Part shown: positions 27,407 to 34,877 of the stretch, piece by piece
Layout: each line of letters starts with the position of its first letter
How positions within the stretch are numbered: position 1 is the stretch's first letter
From: a virus
Lineage: Duplodnaviria; Caudoviricetes
Virus record (IMG/VR): IMGVR_UViG_3300035109_000099
Coordinates: 1 to 38,787 of that record
Reading direction: 5' to 3' (one strand)
Length of the DNA: 38,787 bases
Position numbers and translations under genes: made by a program
Notes under the pieces: model-generated
Databases searched by the model: none
Told to the model about the DNA's origin: nothing
Seen by the model: only the letters and a program-made list of their open reading frames with translations

Positions 27407-27664
27407 CTAAGCGGCTGATTGCTTGCTAAGGTCGTAACGGCCAGGCCACAGTTCCGATAACGGCTTGCCGGTTTTTTTGGCAATGGCATCGGCGATACGG
27501 CGTGAGGTCGAGCGACCATAGATAACATGATTAACAGCAGTATCTGAAACCTCGCAAATACGGGCAATTTCAATTTGACTACTGTTCGCTTTCTCTAAAG
27601 CGGCCTTAATGTCGGCTGGGTGCATATCGATCACCTGAGGGGTTGTTTGTGTCTGCATGGTCAA
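27407..27664 (-). CDS. ner: Ner-like/Cro-like DNA-binding protein (start uncertain)
   Basis: MHPADIKAAL...IADAIA...LSELWPGRY signature; divergent from the repressor. Confidence 0.85.
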   Translation of the reverse strand: MTMQTQTTPQVIDMHPADIKAALEKANSSQIEIARICEVSDTAVNHVIYGRSTSRRIADAIAKKTGKPLSELWPGRYDLSKQSAA

Positions 27665-27691
27665 GTTTTAAAAGTTGTTAGTTAAGTTAGG

Positions 27692-27722
27692 ATTATTATT
27701 GCACGATTGTGCAACTTGTCAA
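27692..27722 (-). promoter_or_regulatory. Early promoter with overlapping palindromic operator
   Basis: TTGACA (27722-27717) and AATAAT (27700-27695) on the - strand; palindrome TTGCAC-GATT-GTGCAA (27699-27714) covers the spacer. Confidence 0.65.
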
Positions 27723-27740
27723 CATGCGAAAGATGAATAT

Positions 27741-28169
27741 ATGTGCAATATTTCGAAGCGATTATTAGATGAGCGATTGAGGCTTGATAAAAATCAGGCT
27801 GAAATGGCTGAAATTGGTGGAGTTGCGAAGCGAACCTATTGCAATTATGAGTCGGGGGAGCGAGAGCCGATGGCAAGTTTTTTTGCAGGGTTAGCCGCAG
27901 CCGGTGCCGATGTGCAATACATCCTGACGGGCATACGTTCGGTTAATTTGCCGTCAAATCCTTACCCGTCATTACAATCAGAGCCTGCCATGGCGGCCCA
28001 GGATAGTGCAGGCTATACCGTGACGCTTAGACCCGATCAAGCAGCGCTGTTGGATAACGTCGAGCACTGCGCCAAGGAGGATCAGGAGGCCATCAAACGC
28101 ATGGCCTTTATAGCCGCTAAAGCGGACAACAAGGATGAGACGCAACAGGGGAAGAAAAAGAGGGCTTAA
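27741..28169 (+). CDS. Prophage repressor (XRE HTH)
   Basis: RLLDERLRLDKNQAEMAEIGGVAKRTYCNYESGER...DVQYILTG; no S24 peptidase domain; ATG at 27741 preferred. Confidence 0.88.
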   Translation: MCNISKRLLDERLRLDKNQAEMAEIGGVAKRTYCNYESGEREPMASFFAGLAAAGADVQYILTGIRSVNLPSNPYPSLQSEPAMAAQDSAGYTVTLRPDQAALLDNVEHCAKEDQEAIKRMAFIAAKADNKDETQQGKKKRA

Positions 28170-28240
28170 AACGCCCCATTAAGCAACTTAACTTAGGCGC
28201 ATACCTAGCGCTTTTGTTAATTCAATATTCCAAGGAAACC

Positions 28241-28729
28241 ATGAAAAAACCAATCATTATTGCAACAATTATTCTCATATTCCCATTCTATCTAGTTAGT
28301 TGTGCAGAAGCTCCGCCAACTACTTCATACGTACAGCGGTATTGGGATAATAGAGCCAAGGAAGAAGCGTACCAACTGGCTCACCCTAAGCCTATTTCAG
28401 TATCCATGATCGTTAATACTATGCATCCTGATGTAACTCAGGCAAGTTATGATCAGGCAAATTTAGAATGTGACTATCAAGTTGCATCAACTACCGCTGA
28501 TTTATCATGGATTCCTCCAAATAGCCGTTTAAGCCGTTCCACAGAAGAAGCAAGCCATCAAGTGCAAGTCAGAATAAAACAAACTGAATTGAAGGATCTT
28601 TGTATTGCATCGAAGGGTTATAAATTTATTTCATCAACAGATAAAAAAGATATTGAAATAGTTAAAAAACAATGCCCTGGCTATGAGATGTCCGGTAAAT
28701 TTTGCGTTATACCAAACATAATAAAATAG
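28241..28729 (+). CDS. AT-rich lipoprotein (moron)
   Basis: AAGGA RBS, MKK plus hydrophobic stretch and lipobox LVS|C. Confidence 0.75.
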   Translation: MKKPIIIATIILIFPFYLVSCAEAPPTTSYVQRYWDNRAKEEAYQLAHPKPISVSMIVNTMHPDVTQASYDQANLECDYQVASTTADLSWIPPNSRLSRSTEEASHQVQVRIKQTELKDLCIASKGYKFISSTDKKDIEIVKKQCPGYEMSGKFCVIPNIIK

Positions 28730-28732
28730 CCC

Positions 28733-28843
28733 TGTAGGGTGCGCATTGCGCACCTGATTGGATTACGTATTTCGCACTAAGTAAAACCGCTTACGTAAAA
28801 ATGCCTATTATTGCCGTAAATGGTGCGCGGTGCGCACCCTACA
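28733..28843. repeat. Inverted REP doublet (GTAG family)
   Basis: TGTAGGGTGCGCATTGCGCACC ... GGTGCGCGGTGCGCACCCTACA. Confidence 0.8.
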
Positions 28844-28875
28844 AGCTTATCAATAACAATTACACAGGATAGTTA

Positions 28876-29352
28876 ATGGATTATTCACTGATCAGCACCG
28901 CCATGGCTTCCTTGCGCCTGGCTAAGGATTTGAGCAATGCTGCCGTCGAGTTGCGCGACTGGAACCATATGGTGGGTGAGATTACGAAGATCAACGGCGA
29001 GCTGCTCAAGGCATACGATGCGCTGTTCACTCATCGTTCCAGTTTGTTCGAGCTGCAAGAAAAGTATACCCAGGTAGTTAATGAGTTGCGCAAGGCTCAA
29101 GAGGTTATTGCTGAACGCGAACGTTACGCGCTGTTCGAGATCGGTCTCGGCAAGATGGTTTACCGCCTCAATGTTATCCAGACCAAAGGCGATATGGCCG
29201 AAGCCATCCACCGCGAGCCTGTCCACTATCTGTGTCAGCCGTGCTTTGACCTCGGGCGAAAAATGGTGTTGTTGCTCTACCCCGCCGCCGCCGATGGCCC
29301 GGTCGCTTGTTGTCCGTCTTGTAGGCAGTTCTTTAATGCGGAACGGGCTTGA
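28876..29352 (+). CDS. Coiled-coil protein with C-terminal zinc ribbon (moron)
   Basis: 158 aa; HYLCQPCF...CPSC; AGGA RBS. Confidence 0.75.
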   Translation: MDYSLISTAMASLRLAKDLSNAAVELRDWNHMVGEITKINGELLKAYDALFTHRSSLFELQEKYTQVVNELRKAQEVIAERERYALFEIGLGKMVYRLNVIQTKGDMAEAIHREPVHYLCQPCFDLGRKMVLLLYPAAADGPVACCPSCRQFFNAERA

Positions 29353-29487
29353 TGAATTAAGCATATCCGTTCCCTTTCTGCTGAGGGGATTAGGTTTCGG
29401 GCGGCCAATAAAACAGCGGCAGGGTACTTTTTTGCACATTGAACACATCACCATAATTATTTCCTCATCTTTTTATTAAGTCATCTT

Positions 29488-29604
29488 GTAGGCCGGAATA
29501 AGTCTACCCAAGCGTAGCGCGTGGTAGCGTTTCCGGCGAATCTGGGCGGTGTTGCCGGAAACACCGATTCTCGCTACCGCTCAAACCGGCTTATTCCGGC
29601 CTAC
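29488..29604. repeat. REP/MITE-like element with 15-bp terminal inverted repeats
   Basis: GTAGGCCGGAATAAG (29488-29502) pairs with CTTATTCCGGCCTAC (29590-29604); internal TTTCCGGC/GCCGGAAA pair. Confidence 0.75.
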
Positions 29605-29645
29605 GTACTGAATAAGCCATAGCTAACTAAATAAGATACTTAGCT

Positions 29646-29858
29646 TTATCTCCTAAACGCCTCCGGCGGCGGCATGTCGCCGGGCGGTAGTTGCAGCATC
29701 TCTCGCCAGACGCGGTTGAATTTTCGCGGATCGGCGCACACTTCCTGCCAATCCGCTTCTGTTTTGCCTTTCTTCAGGTAATAGCTCTTGATCGCGGCAT
29801 GGTGCATGCTGGCCCGTTGCAGCCGTGCTTGGGTTGCATACGGGCTGTTATGCATCAT
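29646..29858 (-). CDS. Hypothetical protein
   Basis: 70 aa overlapping the upstream gene in the endolysin unit. Confidence 0.55.
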   Translation of the reverse strand: MMHNSPYATQARLQRASMHHAAIKSYYLKKGKTEADWQEVCADPRKFNRVWREMLQLPPGDMPPPEAFRR

Positions 29859-30087
29859 CGTCAGGTAACGGGTTTACAAGGTTCAAGACAAAAGCCAGCA
29901 CAGGCCAAAACGCCATCACTGCCACAACAAACCATATCGGCGTATTGCCCGTGCGTTTTACTAGTGCTATCCCATTTACACAGGTAAACATCAGGACAGC
30001 CATTATCTGAGACTCATTTGTTCTTAATGCTAACCGTATCCGCATAACAAGGCGCTTAACAGAAGCGAGGTTATAAGCTTTGTCCAT
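29848..30087 (-). CDS. Small membrane protein
   Basis: 79 aa, AGGA RBS, two hydrophobic segments; follows the endolysin. Confidence 0.55.
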   Translation of the reverse strand: MDKAYNLASVKRLVMRIRLALRTNESQIMAVLMFTCVNGIALVKRTGNTPIWFVVAVMAFWPVLAFVLNLVNPLPDDDA

Positions 30088-30109
30088 TTCCTAATCTCCT
30101 GGCGCTGGC

Positions 30110-30526
30110 TCAGACAAGGCGTCTACCCGCTTGCAGGTCAGCCAGCGTCAGCCCGCCGGTGTATTGGCAATGCGCCAGTTCTTTAAAGCTCTTCCAATTT
30201 CCGGCCCACTCCAAGCCGATATCTTCCGCTATCTTCCCGCACTCTTTAAACAGTGCGGCATTGCTCCAAGCCGCTTTGCCGTTGACGATCGGGCAAAAAT
30301 CAAACGCTAAACGATAGTTATGAAACGACTGCCCGGCAGCGGCGTTGGTCACTTTTGGCCCTGACTTGGTGCGGCCTTGGGCATACAGCGCCGCTTGCGA
30401 TTCGTTATCGCGGTAGGTGCTGGTGATGATGACATCGATACCCCGCTGCGCGCAGGCGGTAATAAAGGCATGGCATAGGGCGGCAACGTGTGGGTGCAGG
30501 TCGTTGGGGTTTCGGCTGTTAATCAT
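30110..30526 (-). CDS. Endolysin, M15 family (L-Ala-D-Glu peptidase-like)
   Basis: TSTYRD...QAALYAQGR, SFHNYRLAFD (SxHxxxxAxD) and ELAH zinc-ligand motifs; GGAGG RBS. Confidence 0.9.
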   Translation of the reverse strand: MINSRNPNDLHPHVAALCHAFITACAQRGIDVIITSTYRDNESQAALYAQGRTKSGPKVTNAAAGQSFHNYRLAFDFCPIVNGKAAWSNAALFKECGKIAEDIGLEWAGNWKSFKELAHCQYTGGLTLADLQAGRRLV

Positions 30527-30562
30527 GTTTGTGCCTCCGTTGGGCGTAGTTATCCGTCCTGA

Positions 30563-30636
30563 AGTCTACGCATCTGGCACTAAGTAGGGCATGAGCAGTG
30601 CTTCGCATACCTGCTATTTGCGCTAACGCCTATCAT
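30563..30636. promoter_or_regulatory. Bidirectional late promoter sharing one putative Mor box
   Basis: TGAGCAG-TG-CTTCGCA (30592-30607); TAGACT on - (30568-30563) and TATCAT on + (30631-30636), each exactly 23 bp from the box. Confidence 0.75.
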
Positions 30637-30675
30637 CTCCTCGCACTGTTAATTATCACCAACGGGAGAGAAACA

Positions 30676-31011
30676 ATGCACAAACTAACCTGGGCTTTTT
30701 GCCTTTTTCTATCGCTGCTGTTTGCGCCGGCCTTGCAGGCGGAACCGGTTCGTTATCAGACCTCGACGCTAACTATCGGTGACTCGGCAGCGGAAGCAGT
30801 CACGCCGTCCGATGTTCATGCGTGGGAGGTGCCGGATACGCCGTTTATATTGGTGGCGCATGATGCTGGCTGGCCTTGCTTGTCTTTGCATAATGGCAGC
30901 AGGCATCCTCGATCTCATCAATCCGCGAAGGCGCACGATCCTGACGGCGACGGTTATGCCAGTCCTGCCGTGTCCAGGTTGAGCCATGCTGTTGATTACG
31001 GGGGCGTGTAG
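30676..31011 (+). CDS. Hypothetical exported protein
   Basis: GGGAG RBS; signal peptide MHKLTWAFCLFLSLLFAPALQA. Confidence 0.6.
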   Translation: MHKLTWAFCLFLSLLFAPALQAEPVRYQTSTLTIGDSAAEAVTPSDVHAWEVPDTPFILVAHDAGWPCLSLHNGSRHPRSHQSAKAHDPDGDGYASPAVSRLSHAVDYGGV

Positions 31012-31080
31012 CTTTCGGCATGCGGGGCGCTATATGCGCCTCGCTGTTTTTATCAATTAAATAGTTGCGGAGCATAAATA

Positions 31081-31266
31081 ATGAAAAGTTGGGTAACTAA
31101 AACAGCCGGTTGGTTGGCGATTGCGATGGGTGTCGTCGGCTTTGCAGTGGGAATGATGGAGGCAGGTGATGCGGGGATGCTGATCACGAATGGCATGGGC
31201 TACGTGGGGCTAGATCGTAAGTTTAAGCGCATGGAAGCCTCTGCTGCCAATGGGGTAAGCCAATGA
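31081..31266 (+). CDS. Putative holin
   Basis: 61 aa, hydrophobic with a basic C-terminus, directly before the spanin pair. Confidence 0.55.
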   Translation: MKSWVTKTAGWLAIAMGVVGFAVGMMEAGDAGMLITNGMGYVGLDRKFKRMEASAANGVSQ

Positions 31267-31628
31267 TCATGCTGATTACTTTTTTTGTCGGCGCCTTGGT
31301 TGTTATGGGGCTGGTTATTGCGACGTTGGTTTACCGCAATCGCGCGGATCGTAAGTCCCATGAATTGGCAACCCAGCAAACTATCAACGCCGCGGTCACA
31401 CGAAGGGATCAACACAGGGAAGATCTGGATAAACGGCTGCATGCACTGCACGAGGCACAACGCTATGAAACGATTGAAGACAATGCACATTTGGCTGATC
31501 GCTCTGATTTTGACAATGACTGGGGTGGCTTGCCAAGGTCCGGCGACGGTGCTGGTGCCGCAGATAGTGGCGCTGAGTCGTCCGTCGCGACCGGTGCTGC
31601 CGGCGATAACGGCAGCAGAACTGACTAG
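31263..31628 (+). CDS. Putative inner-membrane spanin (Rz-like)
   Basis: N-terminal transmembrane helix plus coiled coil; overlaps a lipoprotein ORF in another frame. Confidence 0.6.
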   Translation: MIMLITFFVGALVVMGLVIATLVYRNRADRKSHELATQQTINAAVTRRDQHREDLDKRLHALHEAQRYETIEDNAHLADRSDFDNDWGGLPRSGDGAGAADSGAESSVATGAAGDNGSRTD

Positions 31629-31737
31629 TCTGAGTGATGATGTGTATCGCCGCTTAGCAGAGCGTAACCGGCTGCTTTGGCAGTATACCGAGGAGCTGGA
31701 AGTGATTATTGATTCAACCAAGGAACCGGATAGATGA
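31465..31737 (+). CDS. Putative outer-membrane spanin (Rz1-like lipoprotein)
   Basis: GAGG RBS, MKRLK...LIALILTMTGVA|C lipobox, Pro-rich segment. Confidence 0.65.
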   Translation: MKRLKTMHIWLIALILTMTGVACQGPATVLVPQIVALSRPSRPVLPAITAAELTSLSDDVYRRLAERNRLLWQYTEELEVIIDSTKEPDR

Positions 31738-31997
31738 AGGGATTGGAAACACTGCTTAATCCTCCTGAGCACATGAATGAGGATGAGCGCATCGAGCAAG
31801 CCGAGCAGTTTTATCAGGATTTATCGTTGCTGCAACATCAGCAGGCTACAGCGGTGAATCCTAATGCGGTGTCGGCTGAGTTTTGCGAGGAGTGCGGCAA
31901 TGTGATTCCTGACGATAGGCGCGAAGCCGTTCCGGGCGTGGAATTGTGTGTGGACTGCAAGCGGGCTGAAGAACTTAAAGAAAGGAATTTGCGATGA
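31734..31997 (+). CDS. TraR/DksA C4-type zinc finger protein
   Basis: CEECGNVIPDDRREAVPGVELCVDC. Confidence 0.88.
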   Translation: MKGLETLLNPPEHMNEDERIEQAEQFYQDLSLLQHQQATAVNPNAVSAEFCEECGNVIPDDRREAVPGVELCVDCKRAEELKERNLR

Positions 31998-32386
31998 GTA
32001 TTAATGTCGTTGGTGAATGGCTGGACGTTATCTATAAGGTCTTAACAGGGATATTCGTGATTTGGTTGTATTTTGATCGGCGCAATGACAAGACGCTGGC
32101 GCGTGTCACCAAGCTCGAAGGTCACATAGATGACAAGCTGGATACCATGGAGAAACGCCTGGATGAACAGTTGGACGATCATTCTGAACGATTGGTAAAG
32201 GTAGAGTCGGATTTGCGTAATCAGCCAAAGCATGAGGACTTGGGCAAGATTTACGATGAAATGCGTAAGGTATCTGAGTCTATTGCTGGGATGGCATCCA
32301 ATTTATCGGGTCAAAAAGCTATGCTCGAAGGCCTGGAAAAACAGGTATCGCGCATGGATACCTTTTGGCGCACTCACAGCAATTAA
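31994..32386 (+). CDS. Membrane-anchored coiled-coil protein (DUF2730-like)
   Basis: N-terminal TM helix plus coiled coil; typical position before Mu gp26/gp27-like genes. Confidence 0.65.
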   Translation: MSINVVGEWLDVIYKVLTGIFVIWLYFDRRNDKTLARVTKLEGHIDDKLDTMEKRLDEQLDDHSERLVKVESDLRNQPKHEDLGKIYDEMRKVSESIAGMASNLSGQKAMLEGLEKQVSRMDTFWRTHSN

Positions 32387-32395
32387 GGATTTAAC

Positions 32396-32689
32396 ATGGC
32401 TTATAGCGATTTTATGACCGCTAACCGGCGGTTAACTATTTTATCCCTGCTTGCGGCTGCCACTGCTTATACGCTGCACGAAGGCAATATCAAAACCGCT
32501 TTAAAAGAGCGCGCGGAACCCGTCGGAACAGATGTGCTGCGCGCGGATCTTCAATGGTTGCATGAGCAAGGTTTGGTTCTGGCTAAACAGCCTGACGGGG
32601 TTTGGTTTGCCACATTGACTGCCCGAGGCGGTGATGTGGAACAAGGTTTATCGAGCGTGCCGGGCGTCGCAAGGCCGGAGCCTAAGTAA
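32396..32689 (+). CDS. Mu gp26-like winged-helix protein
   Basis: RRLTILSLL...LQWLHEQGLV...ATLTARGGDV...VPGVARP signature. Confidence 0.8.
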   Translation: MAYSDFMTANRRLTILSLLAAATAYTLHEGNIKTALKERAEPVGTDVLRADLQWLHEQGLVLAKQPDGVWFATLTARGGDVEQGLSSVPGVARPEPK

Positions 32690-33243
32690 TGCCGCCACGT
32701 TCCGCAGTTTCTCAGCTTCCGGAAGCGGTATTGACCGCCCTGAATGCCCGTCTGATTGATCAAGCGTTTAGCGACTATGAAGGCTTGGCTGCATGGCTTA
32801 AGGAACAAGGCTTTCAGATTAGCAAAACGGCTGTGTTTCGTCACGGTTCCGATCTGCAAGCCAAGATGGAAAAGTCTTTATCTCGGGCTCGTGAACGGAT
32901 GGAAATCGCCAAAGCCTTACGCGGTGCATCCGACGATGAGAAAGCCGCATTGATGGAAGCGAATGAAATGGTGGCGATGGATCAGATTATGGATATGTTT
33001 GAGGAAGTCAGCGGGCTGGAGATCGGTGATCGTATGGCTGCAATTCCTAAGCTGGTACGGGCTATTGCGGATTTAAACCGATCGGCGATCGGATCGGCTA
33101 AATGGAAGCGGGAGTTTGAAGCGCAAATCAAGCGTGAAGCCTTGGAAGCCGCCGCAGAGCGTGTCGGTGAGGCAGCCAAAGCCCAAGGCCTGGATGTTGA
33201 TCAAGCCAGGTTTTGGCGTGAAAAAGTCTTGATGGGCGTGTAA
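32689..33243 (+). CDS. Terminase small subunit (Mu gp27 / DUF3486)
   Basis: MPPRSAVSQLP...WLKEQGFQISKTAVFRHG signature; precedes the large subunit. Confidence 0.85.
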   Translation: MPPRSAVSQLPEAVLTALNARLIDQAFSDYEGLAAWLKEQGFQISKTAVFRHGSDLQAKMEKSLSRARERMEIAKALRGASDDEKAALMEANEMVAMDQIMDMFEEVSGLEIGDRMAAIPKLVRAIADLNRSAIGSAKWKREFEAQIKREALEAAAERVGEAAKAQGLDVDQARFWREKVLMGV

Positions 33244-34877
33244 TGAGCCAGATAGCGCCGTTAAACGATACCCAGCGGATCATCGAATGGGATGAATTGC
33301 CGGAATCGGTAAGATCAATTCCTGATAACTTCAATCCCCTTGATGAGGGGGTATTCATGAAGCATCAAGTCGAATGGATCAAGTTGATCCACTCGGTCGA
33401 TTTGGCTGCCTCAGAAAAATGCCGCCGATCTGGGATTACTTTAGCCACGGCTTTCGATGACACGATTACGGCGGCATCGCGTAAGTCTGCGGGCGGCTCT
33501 AATGTGTTTTACATTGGAGACACAAAAGACAAAGGCCTTGAGTTTATTGGCTATGTCGCTAAGTTTGCGCGGATTATTGTTGCTGCGCAAGGCGAAGGCG
33601 TTTCGCAGATCGAGCAGTTTATCTTTGAAGATCAGGATACAAAAGGCGAGACGACGAAGCAAATCACGGCCTTTCGGGTGCGCTTCGCTTCCGGTTACCG
33701 GATTACGGCCTTATCAAGCCGACCAGAGAATATACACGGCTTACAAGGCATCGTCGATATTGATGAGGCGGCGCTGCATAAAGATGTACGCAGTGTTATT
33801 GAATCGTGTACGGCATTGCTGATTTGGGGCGGAAAAATCCGCATTATCAGTACACATCGCGGCTTAAAGAATCCGTTTAATGAGCTGATTCGCGATATAC
33901 GCCAAGGCCTGTACGGTTCGGCTGCGGCCGTATTTAAAATTACTTTTGACGAATGTGTTGCCAATGGCCTGTATGAGCGAGTCTGCTTTATGCAAGGGAT
34001 TGAGCCGACCGAGGAAGGAAAAAAGGATTGGTATTTGCGTATCCGTAAGGGTTATGGACCGCGCAAAGCAGCGATGCTAGAAGAGTTGGATGTTATCCCG
34101 CGCGACGGCGAAGGCTCGGCGATTCCAGGACTATGGATTGAGCGGGCGATGAGAGAAGTGCGGCAAGTATTGCGGCTGACGTTTGACGATGATTTTAAAA
34201 ACTGGCCACTGGAGACTCGGATAAAAGAAATTGATGCATGGATCAAGCGAGACCTTGACCCCTGCATTTATGCATTATCGAAAACAGATTGGCATTATTT
34301 TGGGATGGACTTTGCCCGCACCGGGCATTTATCGGTCATCGTGCCGTTGATAAAGAAAATGGATTTAAGCCGCAAGGTGCCTTTTGTTATTGAGCTGCAC
34401 AATTGCCCGATTAAGCAACAGCAGCAAATTCTTTGGTATTTGATCCCTTTGCTGCCCCGGTTCAGCGGCGGCGCTATGGATGCTACTGGCCCAGGGCAGA
34501 ACTTAGCTGAACTTACTTGGGAAAAACATAAATCCGTAGAGCAGGTTATGTTTAGTCAAGCGTGGTACCGGGACAATATGGGCGCATTTGTACAGTTGTT
34601 TGAAGACGACATGATAGATATTCCGCGTGATGCTGAGCATGAGTCGGATTTACGCGATCTTGAACGAATAGACGGCATTATCAAGCTACCCAAAGAAGCC
34701 ACTGAAAACGAAGAAGGTATTGCACGGCACGGCGATTATGCAATCGGATTAGCGCTGGCTGATTTTGCGGTGCGCAACTGTAAGTCTAATGTCATAGAAC
34801 ATAACCCCATGCCCAGCAAAGACGACCGCTACTGGGAAAAAGACGATTTTAATATTGAACGCGACGGAGCTTGGTAA
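33243..34877 (+). CDS. Terminase large subunit (Mu gp28-like)
   Basis: EKCRRSGIT, IDEAA, IISTH, GMDFAR and RHGD motifs. Confidence 0.92.
   Translation: MSQIAPLNDTQRIIEWDELPESVRSIPDNFNPLDEGVFMKHQVEWIKLIHSVDLAASEKCRRSGITLATAFDDTITAASRKSAGGSNVFYIGDTKDKGLEFIGYVAKFARIIVAAQGEGVSQIEQFIFEDQDTKGETTKQITAFRVRFASGYRITALSSRPENIHGLQGIVDIDEAALHKDVRSVIESCTALLIWGGKIRIISTHRGLKNPFNELIRDIRQGLYGSAAAVFKITFDECVANGLYERVCFMQGIEPTEEGKKDWYLRIRKGYGPRKAAMLEELDVIPRDGEGSAIPGLWIERAMREVRQVLRLTFDDDFKNWPLETRIKEIDAWIKRDLDPCIYALSKTDWHYFGMDFARTGHLSVIVPLIKKMDLSRKVPFVIELHNCPIKQQQQILWYLIPLLPRFSGGAMDATGPGQNLAELTWEKHKSVEQVMFSQAWYRDNMGAFVQLFEDDMIDIPRDAEHESDLRDLERIDGIIKLPKEATENEEGIARHGDYAIGLALADFAVRNCKSNVIEHNPMPSKDDRYWEKDDFNIERDGAW

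Noticed and set aside
30598-30675. GTG start at 30598 for the ORF ending at 31011
   Set aside because: It lies inside the activator box, upstream of the predicted transcription start; ATG 30676 has an RBS and signal peptide.
31285-31464. Long N-terminus for the o-spanin ORF
   Set aside because: The lipoprotein signal and RBS point to the ATG at 31465.
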